Positions 12,634-25,786 of a DNA stretch of 64,000 bases are shown piece by piece. The DNA lies in NCBI RefSeq assembly GCF_006345805.1, contig NC_043008.1, positions 30,752,001 through 30,816,000 of the forward strand, read 5' to 3'. This DNA is from Octopus sinensis (Eukaryota). The position numbers and the translations under genes were made by a program. Each line of letters opens with the position of its first letter. Within the stretch, counting starts at the first letter, position 1. A model generated the notes under the pieces. It saw nothing but the letters and a program-made list of their open reading frames with translations. It made no database searches and was not told where the DNA came from.

Positions 12634-14174
12634 ACAACAAATTTCCATTTTTTCAATATATTTTGTCTAAAATCATGAATAATGGCAATAAGTTTGTTTC
12701 TTCCTTAAGCTATTTATTGTGACTGCAAGCGAACCATTATATTTCATATTGCATCGGATTGTCAAGTGCTCAGGAATGGAGAGAAAATCATCCACTAATT
12801 TGGATAGTTTCGCATCCTAGCCCGAAGGAGTGTCATCTTATATATTTCCCGTCGAGAGACCTTCAAGCAGAATCATTAATATCTCAGGAAACATTGTTAA
12901 AGAATGTTTTCCAGTGAATTTACTCCTAAAGCACGTTATATTTTCTAGTTAAAACGTCCATTTTTACACTGTTCACAGCTATCATAAATATAAGTCAAAT
13001 TAAAAAACTACCAGCTTTGAAAAAGATATGCATTGTCTAATTTGGTCATAGATACACTTCTGTTGGGCGTTCTCCGTTGGGATACCGTTAGTCTTTCATC
13101 AGCGTGATCAGGGCGAGGCTGAAGCAAAGCGACCGTTCCCAAAGTTTAATACATTTTGAAGTAGTGTACAAGAGTAAACACTCATAATAGTGCAACTTAA
13201 GATTTATAATTTTTTTAAAATCTATATTAAGTTTTATAAATTTCAAATTTTACTTAATACCTTTATTAAATATTTCGGTTAAATTTTTGTATCTCTAAAT
13301 AAAAATCTCTAATAATTTCCTTTGCTTTTATTCGTAAGAGCCATACAGTAAATTACAACTCGGTTTATGTCGGCCACAACACCGGTCGGCCACGCACGTA
13401 GCTTTTGTTTTTCAAAACAGAACAGGGTAAATATTACTCAGAGAATAGGGATCTTTACATGATCTCCAAACCCATTTATTATTCTAATGATTTTGGCAAA
13501 AGTATCAGAGTCAAAATACCTGTAATGTATCGTTTCAAAATCCCTATGACTTTGTGCCCTGCCTAAAGAAGTCTATAAATAATACTTTAAAATGATGTTT
13601 CCTACTATCTGTTTTCGTATTTTGTTTTTAGGAGATCTGATGTTTTAAGGGGAACATATTTTCTAAAAGATACTAAAAACTTCAAACTCCAATGGAAAAT
13701 ATTCTGCTTTCTTGTCAAAATCTGATTCTTATCGCCTTCAATTTCGAATAATATTCTCAGATACCAGTGTTTGTTTTAGATAAAGGAGACAAGAAATAAC
13801 AGAATGGCGCAGTAATAAAATATTCTGAAGTTTCAAAATGCTTTCTTTTTATACTTAGTAAATATTGTTGTTAAGTAACCATAGATGACCTAGTTGATAA
13901 GGAAAGGATTGTGAAGTGATTGGTTGAAAGTTTGAAGCTTATTACAAGCAATCGTATCAACAACAAGAAATTCATCTTACTTTGACCCACTTGACCCACT
14001 CTTACTGTGTGTAAAGCAGCAAAAGCGCTGTTTGGTTAATGATTATTTCTTCAACTTGGGGAAGGTAATGTGTAAACAACTGTTGTATGAATACTTTGTA
14101 AGTGATCCTGTAAAGTTTGTAAGATTTCCAGTAATTCGATGTCTTTGCTGTTTTAAGTGGTTGAGAATAACAAA

Positions 14175-14205
14175 CACAATGAACAGCAGCAACAACAACA
14201 GCAAC

Positions 14206-14238
<33 letters not shown>

Positions 14239-14251
14239 AATAATAATAATA

Positions 14252-14309
<58 letters not shown>

Positions 14310-14367
14310 AATGATAATAATGATAATAATAATAATAATAATAATAATGATAATAATAATAATAATG

Positions 14368-14416
<49 letters not shown>

Positions 14417-14430
14417 CAACAACAACAACA
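14175..14430. repeat. (AAC)/(GAT)/(AAT)n microsatellite
   Basis: Directly visible. Confidence 0.95.
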
Positions 14431-14614
14431 AGATAAAATGGCAACAGCATGTTTCTTTCACAAATTTCTGCAGATCACTTGTTCAATATAAACATGTTTC
14501 TAAACAGAGATACTGATACCGACTAAAAGACAACTCTTGTGACTCTGTGATGGACTTCTGTAAAATTTATGACAAGAGGTGTATACTTGAATGTTTTATT
14601 TACTATTACCTTCT

Positions 14615-14805
<191 letters not shown>

Positions 14806-15941
14806 GCATTTGTACAGCTTCTAACGCTGGAGATGTACTACAGTGTTAGCTGTTCACTTCCAGTGAACTAAGGTAACACCTCTTACTTTTCGAGCACCTT
14901 CCGGAGTATTCGAGCAGTTCCAAGCAGTGCTGTTTTCTGCAAGTGCTCTATTTGTTCCACGTACTGCAGCCCCTATTTGTTCCACGTACTTATCGAGATT
15001 TTTGCTCACTATTATCAGGGCTCCGACAATTATTGGTACTACTGCTAACTTTTTCATCGACCACAACTGCTTAACTTCTCAAGCTAAACTGTCATGTCTC
15101 TCGACTTTTCTTTCTTCCTTATCGCATACCTTGTTGTCAGCTGGGCATGCTATATCTATGATCCAGCATAGTTTGTTCGCATTCTCAATTAAGACTATGT
15201 CCAGCTTCCTATTCTCTATTTCATGGTCGCACTGAATCTTAAAATTCTATAGTAACTTTGCATTTCTATTTTCGACAATGCCTTCATGTTTGTGGTCGTA
15301 CCAATTTTTTGCTCTGTCAAGTCCATACTTGTTGCAAAGTGTCCAATGGACAAGGCTTGCTATAATATCGTGGCGTCTCTTATATTCCTTCTGAGCTAGT
15401 GGCGTACATTGGCTGGTAATATGCCATACGGTTTTACCGTTTTGTCCACAGATTCTGCACTTGCCACTTTCTGCTGTGTTGTCTATTCTGTATTTTATGT
15501 AATTCGTTCTCAGCGCTTGCTCTTGGGCAGCCCAGATTAGAGCCTCCGTTTCCGGTTTTAAATCACTTTTAGTCATCCATAGCCATCTTTTTTCTTTGTC
15601 TTATCTTCAGCATCCCTATGAAATTGACCATGCTTTCTTTTCTTTACCCACCTATTTTCAGCTGCATTCGTTTTCAATGTCTTGTATAGTGCTTTATCTT
15701 TGCAATCTTTCAACCTACACAAGCCTGACCTTCTTACTTTTAATAATTATGGTTGGTTCTGTGGCATTTTTACATACTATGCTATACTGTTTTCTTCTGC
15801 TCTAATGCTGTGTTCACATCCAACAAGTCCTCTTCCCTCTCTTTTTCTTGGAACATACAATCTGCCTGTGTCACTTTTTGGGTGGAGTGATCCATATCTT
15901 GTTAGTAGCTTCCTTGTGTTTCTGTCTAAGCCGTTTAGTTC
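14806..15941 (-). mobile_element. 5'-truncated R4/Dong-type element, family A copy 2
   Basis: MTKSDLKPETEALIWAAQEQ..CRICGQNGKTVWHITSQC (CCHC intact); same 3' UTR as 2050-2130; internal duplication of tatttgttccacgtact. Confidence 0.9.
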
Positions 15942-15944
15942 ATT

Positions 15945-18900
15945 ATTATTATTATTATATTCAGTAGTTTTATTTTTATAGCGTGCTTTCACTTCACTAC
16001 CGAGCGCAGCTCTGTGTGCCTTGGGTATGTGCTGTGATTTGTTGTGATGCTCTGATGGTTATTGTATGGAAAGTGTTTTGCGTAGGATGTGTGCAGTGCC
16101 CAGTAGTGCAATTTTCTGTATGTTATATGTGTTTGTAAGTCCTGGTGTTTTTGTTATGTATTTGTCTGAATATTTTTTTATCATGCCTAATGCACCTACT
16201 ATGATAAGAATTGTTTCTGTTTTCAGGTTCCACATTCTAGTTACCTCTATTTCCAGGTCTTTGTATTTTGAGAGCTTCTCCATTTCTTTTAGAGAAACGT
16301 TGTCATCTGCCGGTATTGATACATCAATTAGAAAGCATTTTTTTTCTTCATGAACTCTGACAACTATATCTGGTCTGTTGGCCTTAATTTCTCTATCTGT
16401 GTGTATCGGCATATCCCAGAGTATGGTTGCTTTCTCGTTTTCTGTGACCTTTTCTGGTGTGTGCCTATACCATCTTTTCTCTGTTGTTATTCCATAATGT
16501 TGGCATAGCTTCCAATGTATGTAGGTTCCAACTCTGTCATGTCTGTGAATATATTCCTTCTTAGCCAGGACTGGGCAGCCAGAGATAATATGATTTATTG
16601 TTTCTTGTCCATCTCCACATATTCTGCAGTTACTTGTAATATTTCTTTTCATTACATGTTTTTGGTAATTTCTAGTGGGGAGGCTTTGGTCTTGTGCTGC
16701 AATTAAAAATCCCTCTGTTTCTGCTTTGAGTCTTGAGCTTCTCAACCATTGCTGGGATTGTTCTTTGTCTATTTCTTTTGCGTTTAGTTTAGTGCAGTAT
16801 TTACCATGAAGGGGCTTTTCTTGCCATCGTTTTATCATGGCTCGTTGCTGTTCTATTTTTAGTTTGGATTTCATTTGTTTTATAGCTTTTGTTGTTTCTT
16901 CATCATCTTCTTCTTCTTCTTTGTGTTTATTAGGTGGTATGATTTCTTGTTTGTATTTGTCAGCTTCCTTAAATACTGAGAACAGTTTTTTGTTTTGCTC
17001 GTGTTTTGCTGCTATCTGGATCAGTTTTCCTTCCTTCTGAAGTAGGTATTTTTGCAGTCCTATGGTGGTTATTTTATAGTAGTTTTCCAGCTGTATAAAG
17101 GCCTCTACCACCTTCTATACGTTGTATATATAGTCTTTCTATGTCAGATTTTGGGTGATGCATCCTAGATCCTGTCAGTATTTTTCTTGTTTTCCTATCT
17201 ATTTTGGACAGTTCATTTCGTGTCCAGTTAAGGATATTGTAGCTGTAACTTATAACTGGGACAGCTAAAGTGTTGATACCTATTATCTTGTTTTTAGCAT
17301 TGAGCTCTGTGTTTAGTATTGATCTAACTCGTCTATAATATTCTTTTTTTATTTTTTCTTACATTTGTGTGTGTTGTGTCTTATCTAGTTCATGGATTCC
17401 TAAGTATTTGTAAGTTTGGCTTTGGTCTAATTCTTTTATTTCATTGGTTTTATCTAGTGTGATGTTGTTACTCTTAACTAGTGTTCCTCTTTTCATGGTT
17501 ACTTTGGCGCATTTTTCTAATCCAAATTTCATATCTATTTCTTTGGTAAATCCATGAACTGTCTTTAATAGTGTTTCCAGCTGTTTGTCATTTGCAGCGT
17601 ATAGTTTTATGTCATCCATATATAAAAGGTGGCTGATCGTTTTGCCGTAACATTTATATCCGCATCCAGTTCTATTTAGCATATCAGATAGAGGTGACAG
17701 TGCCAAGCAGAAAAGGAGTGGAGAGAGCGTGTCTCCCTGGAATATTCCTCTTCTAATGGGGATGTCTTTGGTTTTCATGAGTCCCTCTTTTGTTTGGAGG
17801 TGTAGGACTGTTTGCCATTTATTCATAGAGTGCTCTATGAATTTTATGATTGTTGGTGCTACTTTGTTAATGGCTAGTGTTTCGAGGATCCATGTGTGGG
17901 GGATGCTATCAAACGCCTTTTTGTAGTCAATCTAGGCCATACTGAGGCCTTTCTTCTTTCTGTGGCTGTCTTCAGTTACGGCTTTATTAATCATTAGTTG
18001 ATCTTTACAGCCATATGAGCCTTTGCGGCATCCTTTCTGCTCTTCTGGGAACAGTTTGTTTTCGTCCAGGTACTTGTTCAGCCTTTGCGATATCACTGCA
18101 GTAAATGCCTTGAACATAGTAGGGAGGCAGGTTATTGGTCTGTAGTTTTCTGGTTTTGTTGTTTCATTTGATTTGGGAATTAAGATGGTTTTCCCCTTCG
18201 TGAGCCATTCAGGCATTGTCTCTGGCTCTGCTAGTATGCTGTTAAAGTTTTCAGCCAGCTTTTTGTGCATTCCTGTTAGATATTTCAACCAGAAGTTGGG
18301 GATCTTGTCATGCCCAGGTGCCTTCCAGTTGCTTAGTTTTTGCAGTGCCTGGGTGACCTCTTCAGTTGTTATGGGGGTCCAAAGTTGTTCAGATGCCGAG
18401 TTTGTTATTTTCATACTCCTTTTTTTTGGTTGTTCGTTCGCCGACCATATTTCTCTCCAGAATTCTTCCAATTCTTCTGCCGTTGGTGCTGCAGTGACTT
18501 CTATTTTATTTTTGCCCAGTTCTTGGTAGAACTTTTTGGGGTCGGAGTTGAACTTTTTGTTCTGTTCAAAGAAGCGTTGGCGTTTCTCGTACCGGCGGAT
18601 CCTTTGAGCTTTGGCAAGGATATCTTGCTTCAGCTTTTCTTTTATCTCCGGCAAATCTTTTTCTGTGATGTTATATTTGCGGAGCATTTTTGTTCTCTTT
18701 TTGTTTCTCAGTAGCGTTGCTTGTTTGCTGATTTCATTAAGAATCGACAGGTCTTTTCTAATTTTTTTTATTTTGTTTTGTATGTTATTTATCCACAGGG
18801 TTTGTTTGGGTGGTGGTACTCCTGTTTGGGCGGGTTTGGGTGAGTATCCAGCTTCTTTTGTGGCTGCAGTGGCTGCTGCGTATATCAAGTCATTTAGTTC

Positions 18901-19615
18901 AGTGATATCACTTTTTTTTGTTTCAGTGGCTAGTTCAGTGACGGCTAGGTTTATGTTGTTTATAATTGGTGTTGTTATTGCGTTTATTTTTATTCTTGGG
19001 AGGTATGGTCGGTGGTCCATTTTGGGCTCTGTGGTTCTAAGTTCTTTGATTATTTTATTTTTTATATTATCATAATCATTAGGCTCCCCTTCGTTGTTTA
19101 CATCGTGTTTGTTGGGAATGTTGCGTTTGTCTTCGTGTTTTACAGTTTCAGTGTTTATATTATTGGGCATTGTTGTGTGGCTTCTATCTACATTTTCCTG
19201 GTGTATTTTTTCTTTTAAATGTTCTATTTCTATTTCTGATATTTTTTTGGCTTTGAGAATGTATCTTCGTACGTTAGCTAATTTATTAGGGTTCATTGCT
19301 GTATCCAAGTCTATATCTCTATTATTTTCCTTCCATATTTTATATGTATGTGTTGTTGTATTTTCATTTTGTGGGTAGAGCATTGCTGTGAAGTATGCGT
19401 GTAAGATAGAAATGTATTCCTCACGTGTCCATTTACGTCTTTTGGGTTTTATTTGCGGGACATGAGGTACAACGTCCGGCCCATTATTTTGACGGTCGTC
19501 ATTTTCGTAGGGTACCGGTCCGTTTATTTCTGTTGTCACATTATTTCGCACGTGTAGTTTTTCGTACATTTTTTGTTGTAGGTTTAATGTACGTACCGCT
19601 CGATTGTTATTCGAT
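15945..19615 (-). mobile_element. Full-length R4/Dong-type RLE retrotransposon, family B copy 1
   Basis: Single long ORF region with ~45-bp 5' UTR and ~100-bp 3' UTR; (TAA)n on both sides (19615-19660 and 15942-15957). Confidence 0.93.
16059..19569 (-). pseudogene. ~1170-codon RT + CCHC + RLE polyprotein, interrupted by 2 stops and 1 frameshift
   Basis: RT motifs WKAPGHD, YRPITCL, EEQKGCRKG, MA(W)IDYKKAFDS, RGIFQGDTLSP, YMDD, YKYLG; CRICGDGQETINHIISGC; NRPDIV..IDVSIP..KYKDL. Lesions: TAG at 17932-17934 (expected W), TAA at 17359-17361 (expected K), +1 T near 17098-17100. Confidence 0.92.
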
Positions 19616-20351
19616 TATTATTATTATTATTATTATTTATTATTATTATTATTATTAAAATTATTATCATCATATGCCCTATAGTTCATTGGGCCGTCCT
19701 TGGGGGCATATCTAAAGCATATCGGTGACAGATATTCCTGGTCATTTGTTCATTCTTTCACCCTTTCTGGAGACAGAAAAGCTGAGTGAACAATAACGAC
19801 CTTGTTTACGGAATAACACAGGCGATTCTATGAAAAGGATGTGGAAGAGAAAGGAGCAGTAATATCCCAGTACTTTACATCTACTTTACGCTCTGATAAT
19901 GGAAAGATGAAAGGCAAATTTGACTTTGACACAATAACCCAAAACAAATATCTCAACGCATTGTGGCCGACGAAATTACATACGTTGCTTCCCAAAACCG
20001 GTCTTTTTTTGCCATTTCCCTTCGACTACGACTGGAATTTTGTTTTCACGTTGCCACTTAGTAGTCAACATACGCCTGTTAACGTCATTCCATGTCATTT
20101 TTTATGAAGAGTTAAACTTGGCAAAAACCGTAGATTCAATATGCCAGAAAAGGTAAGAAAAAAAGGCTACAGGTAGGGTGACCAATATCTGAGGGGTAAA
20201 ACTTAGTTGTGTGGAAGCCATATAACTTCGGAGAAAGTCTGAAGCCGAAGACGAAATTTAGTATTTTTTCTAAACATGCTTTGCTATAAAGATAGAAACT
20301 AATTTCTTACCAATTGCAAGTAAAAAAATAGATCAATACATATTACGTACA

Positions 20352-20570
20352 GGAAGGCAGCGAGAGTGCAGAATTGTTAATATGCTGGACAAAATGCTTA
20401 GCGTCATTTCGTCCGTCTCCATGTTCTGAGTTCAAATTCCACCGAGGTCGACTTTGCCTCTCATCCTTTCGGTGTTGATAGAATAAATATTATTTGAGTA
20501 TCGGCGTTGATGTAATCGACTAACACCCTCACCTGAAATTTCTGGCATTGTGCTAAAATTTGAAATCAGT
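20352..20570 (+). mobile_element. tRNA-type SINE, family Y
   Basis: B-box-like GAGTTCAAATTCC followed by gaggtcgactttgcct...gatgtaatcgact...aaatttgaaa; many copies in the window. Confidence 0.75.
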
Positions 20571-20684
20571 ATATATTACGTATAGGCGGCTGATTAACAC
20601 AGTCATTAGAACATCTAATAGTCTGCTAGGGAATAATGGTTTTGCTCTTTCTATTTTAAGTTCAAATCTGAGATTTATTTCTTC

Positions 20685-20892
20685 TTTAAGGCGGCGAACT
20701 GTCAGAGTCGTCACTGCACCGGGCAAATTTTCGTCCTTCTTTACATACTGAGTTCAAATTCCACCGGGGTCGACTCTGCCTTTCATTTTTTCGGAGACGA
20801 TAAAACTAGTACAAGTTGATCACTAGGGTCGATGTAATCAACTTATCTCCTCCCTTGAACCTGTTGGCCTTGCTCCAAAATTTGAAACCAAT
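20685..20892 (+). mobile_element. tRNA-type SINE, family Y
   Basis: Same motifs as 20352-20570. Confidence 0.75.
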
Positions 20893-21174
20893 GCATATGT
20901 ATTATGTGACTACTGATATGTTGATTCATGGTTTTGCCTTATATATGATATTTCAGGCATGTACAGAACATATTTTACACTGTATAAATATATTATAGGT
21001 TTATAATCCTTTACATAAGTAATATAAATGTATAATACTTATATATTTAAATATTATATATAAACGTGTATCTAAATAATATCAGTATTATAAATTACCT
21101 AGGTAAACATATGAAATTGTCATCTGAAAAATGTCTGTAAATGTTACTTTGCGAACCAATGATCTCTCGCTCAG

Positions 21175-23500
21175 GAGACACAAAATATTCGAAAGATTAC
21201 ACATGCAAAACCCTTTAACACCAGAAACGAGCGAACCGGTAACCTACGAAAATGATGACTGTTTGAATATTGATTGTCTGAAGCATAAATTGAGACGAGA
21301 GGAATATATATCTATCTTTCACGATTATTTTACAGTAATGTTCTGTCTGCGAAACGAAAATACAACATCATACTCATATAAAATCTGGAAGAAAAATAAC
21401 TCTGATTTGGATATACTGATGACTCCAAACAAACATTCTGAAAAACAAAAAAGATATCAGAAACTGAAATATAGTACTTAAAAGGAAAAATACATCAGGA
21501 AAATGCAAAAGTGCCCATCAAACAATATCTAATAATAACATAAGTACTGGGATTGTATGTTAGACATACAACCCCACTACTTATGTTATACTGATAGACA
21601 TAACGTGCGACAAAAACAAAGTAATTAAACACGACAAACCCGACACTAGAAATTCATAATGATTATCAAAATGCACCAAACCAGAATAACACAAGCATAA
21701 ATATAAACGGGAAGGAATGTGGAGTAAACCTAAAGCCTAGAAACGATGAATTCGGAAACTATGATTATGATATGTTAAAAATGAGTATAATCAAGGAATA
21801 AAAATTACAAAAGATATCAGTATGAACCTGTCCGAAATTAGACTTGATAAGACAGCAACAACATTATAAAGAAATTCGGCCGCCACAGAGCTAATTGCAA
21901 CGGAAGCAAACGTCAATATGACCAGACTAAATGAAATATTGTACGTTGCCACAAAGGACAGTGGATACTACCTCAAATCTATCCAAGTAGGAGTATCACA
22001 ACCTAGAGAAACGGTATGGAAAATTAATATCCAGAAGAAAATACAGAAAATAAAAGGATCTGTCAACCTTAATGAAATTTGTAACTCACTATACTACGAA
22101 ACAACAAGAAAGAAAAATACTACAAAAGTACAAAATAACAAAGCATGATACACCTGAGATAGAAGAACTGCTAAAGCAAAATAATATTCTCACCATAGTA
22201 CAAATAATCCGTCGGTATGAGAAACTCCAAAGATTTTTTGAACAAAACAAGCAGTTTAACTCCAAAACAAAACGATTCTATCAAGAACTTGAAAAAATAA
22301 GATAGAGATCATTGCAGAACTACAGATAAATAGGAAGAATTTTGGAAAGAAGTATTGGCGATGAAAGAACTACCCTAGAATAAAACAACAAACACAGCAC
22401 CTGAACAAATCTAGATGTCTATAACAACGGAAGAAGTAACTCAGGCACTGCAAAAGCTAAGCAACTGAAAGACGCTAGGCCACAAGACACCCAAACTTTG
22501 GCTAGAATATTTAACAGGGATATATAAGGCGCTGGCAAAGAAGTTCGAAGAAGCCAGAGACAGCACCTGATTGGCTCAGAGAAGGGGAAACCATCAGAAT
22601 TCCCAAATCCACTGAAACAGCAAATTTACAAAATTACAGACCCATCATGTCTCCTTACAACTTAGAAAGCCTTAACTGCAATGATAGCAGAGAATGGACA
22701 ACCGTCCAGAAGAAAATAACCTGTTTCCAGAAGAGCAGAAGGGATACTGCTAAGGCTCATATATCTCTAAAAATCAATCATTGATTAACAGAGCCATAAC
22801 TGAAGACTGTCAAAAGAAAAAGAAAGGTCTAAGCATGACTTGGACCGATTACCAGAAGGCTTTTCATAGTACCACATACATATGGATCACATAGTACCAC
22901 ATACATATGGATCACATAGTACCACATACATATAGTGATGAACAAGATAGCGCCTACAACAATAAAATATATAACACATGCAATGAGTAAATGGTATGCA
23001 GTTCTGCAGCTTCAAGCAGAAGTGGGAATCATAAAAACTAAAGCCATCCCTATTAGATATGGAATATTCCAGTGACACTCCTTCTCTCCACTTCCTTTCT
23101 TTCTGGAACTGACGTCTTTAACTGACATACTAAGCAGAAATGGATGTAGATACAACTGTTATGGTAAAACAATCAATCATCTCTTGGGTATGAATTATCT
23201 AAAACTTGTAAATAATAAACAGCTGCACACATTTCTACAGACAATACATGGATTTACTAAAGAAATAATTATAAAATTCGGCTTAGAAATAAATACGAAA
23301 GAAACTTTGAAAAGAGGAAAACTAGTTAAGAGTAAAAATATCACACTAGATAAAGAAAATTAAATTAGATAATTAGTCCAAACCCATACAAATATTTAGG
23401 AATCAATGAACAAGATAAGGTACAATACGCACTAATGAAAGAGAAGATTAGAGTGGAATACTATAGACGAGTTAGGTTAATTATTAAAACAGAGCCCAAT
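21175..23500 (+). mobile_element. Decayed family B copy 2 (5' end through RT thumb; RLE end absent)
   Basis: Frames parallel copy 1 (RREEYISIFHDYF..NENTT..YKIWKKNN; IRRYEKLQRFFEQNKQFNS; NLFPEEQKG; KFGLE); many stops and frameshifts. Confidence 0.85.
22865..22935. repeat. 25-bp tandem repeat (~2.7 units) inside the RT AFDS..HTW region of family B copy 2
   Basis: catagtaccacatacatatggatca repeated. Confidence 0.9.
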
Positions 23501-23669
23501 GCGCCAAAAAAAAAAGCAGAAAAAAGTAGAATGATATCCATTTTCTTCAACGTTACGAGGGGACAACATCGGATCTTGTGAATTTGCCGAAGTCCTCTCC
23601 TCGACCCCTTCTGAAACGATTTACCCCACAAATTTCTTTATAATCGTAATCTATACTGTTTGAAATATA

Positions 23670-24108
23670 TTTACTCTTTTACTTGTTTCAGTTATTTGAC
23701 TGTGGCCATGCTGGAGCACCGCCTTTAGTCGAACAAATCGACCCCAGGACTTATTCTTTGTAAGCCTAGTACTTATTATATCACTTTCTTTTGCTGAACT
23801 GCTAAGTTACGGGGACGTAAACACACCAGCATCGGTTGTCAAGCGATGTTAGTGGGAGGGGGAGGGAACAGACACACACACACATTTATACACACACAAA
23901 CATATATACACACACATACATACATATATATGTATATTCATATATACGACGGGCTTCTTTCAGTTTCCGTCTACCAAATCCACTCACAAGGCTTTGGTCA
24001 GCCTGAGGCTATAGTAAAAGACATTTGCCCAAGGTGCCACGCAGTGGGACTGAACCCAGAACCATGTGGTTCGTAAGCAAGCTAATTATCACACAGCCAC
24101 TCCTACGC
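23670..24108 (-). mobile_element. Composite SINE: tRNA-like head + CORE-like segment + internal microsatellite + 3' module + (GAGTAAAA)n tail
   Basis: Same architecture at 42074-42540 and 55624-56040. Confidence 0.8.
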
Positions 24109-24304
24109 CTATTTATATAAAATTTAAATAAATTTTTTTTTTCCTGAAAGTAATGAGGGAAAAACAACGGATCTTGTGAATTTTCGGAAGGCCTCTCCCT
24201 AGCTCCACCACCACAACTCCTCCCCACCCTCATTGACCACCGCACATTTTTGTTGTCAGATTCGTTTCCGGATAATAACCTCAACATTAACCATAATAAT
24301 AATG

Positions 24305-24520
24305 ATTACAAATTTCGGCACAAGACCAGCAGTTTCGGGGCAGGGGGCTAAGTCGATTACATCGATCCCAGTGATCAGGTGGTACCTATTTTATCGACCC
24401 CGAAAGAAAAGGTGAAAGGCAAAGTCGACGCCGGCGGAATTTGAAGTCAGAGCATAAGGTCGAACGAAATACCGCTAAGCATTTTGCCCGGATTGCTAAC
24501 GATTCTGCCAGCTCGCTGCC
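24305..24520 (-). mobile_element. SINE family Y
   Basis: Reverse complement of the family Y motifs. Confidence 0.75.
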
Positions 24521-24546
24521 CTAATAATAACAGTAGTAGTAGTAGT

Positions 24547-24598
<52 letters not shown>

Positions 24599-24692
24599 TT
24601 CAAATGTTGCCACACGGGTAGCCATTTTTGGGGAGGAGATGAGATAAGGCCGAGGTAATAATAATAATAATGATAATAATGATAATAATAAT

Positions 24693-25120
24693 ACTGACAA
24701 AAAGATAGATGCGAATAGGCCAGACATTATATTGACGGATTTCAGACAAAAATCATGCCTTCTCATCGATATGGCTGTCCCAATTGACATAAATGTATCG
24801 GTCGAGCCCTACCAAAAACTGTGCAAGTATAAAGAACTGGAAATAGAAATCGATAAAATGGTGGAACCTCAATATTAAAGCAATACCTGTTGTCATAGCT
24901 GCCCTACGAATGATAGCAAAATGGGCTGATTGCTACCTAGCTCAGATACCAGGAAATCCCAAATTTTTTTTGTATTTTTAAACATTCTCTTGAACAATGT
25001 TTTGTGCAAGACCAATTCTATGGCACCTTAGAAATAACACCAACTTGAACTTCTACCTTGTTGTCTTTTGAGGTCTCTGGGTGAGACTTTGTATAAACAC
25101 AAAGCAAAATTCAGGAATAT
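24693..25120 (+). mobile_element. R4/Dong family D 3' fragment (D1)
   Basis: TDKKIDANRPDIIL..LLIDMAVP..KYKELEIE (RLE); shared family D 3' UTR (..gaggtctctgggtgagact..). Confidence 0.85.
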
Positions 25121-25159
25121 AATAATAACAACAGCAACAGCAACAACAACAACAACAAC

Positions 25160-25618
25160 ATCGACCCAAGTGTTTCACTCGTACTTAGTTTATCGCTCCC
25201 TGTATGGATGAAAGGTAAGTCAACCTCGGTGGAATTTGAACTCAGAACGTGACGGCAGACGAAATACCGCTAAGCATTTTGCCTGGCGCGGTAACTATTC
25301 TTCCAGCTCGCCGCCTTTATTAAAAACAGGCAAAGTCGACCTCGGCGGAATTTCAACTCAGAACGTAGCGGGAGACGAAATACCTATTTCTTTACTACCC
25401 ACAAGGGGCTAAACACAGAGAGGACAAACAAGGACAGACAAACGGATTAAGTCGATTATATTGACCTCAGTGCATAACTGATACTTATTTAATCGACCCC
25501 GAAAGGATTAAAGGCAAAGTCGACCTCGGCGGAATTTGAACTCAGAACGTGACGGCAGACGAAATACCGCTAAGCATTTCGCCCGGAGTGCTAACGATTT
25601 TGCAAGCTCGCCGCCTTA
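25160..25618 (-). mobile_element. Cluster of three tandem family Y SINE copies/partials
   Basis: Repeated gtcgacctcggcggaatttgaactcagaacgt..gacgaaatacc..gctcgccgcctt. Confidence 0.8.
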
Positions 25619-25621
25619 ATC

Positions 25622-25688
<67 letters not shown>

Positions 25689-25690
25689 TA

Positions 25691-25764
<74 letters not shown>

Positions 25765-25786
25765 CAACAATAATAATAATAATAAT

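Noticed and set aside
13060-13105. Minus-strand CTGATGA...GAAACGCC
   Set aside because: No stem II closure, no NUH triplet, no stem I
19841-20107. 88-aa ORF in the unique spacer between the family B copies
   Set aside because: GTG start, no recognisable motif, and a length expected by chance
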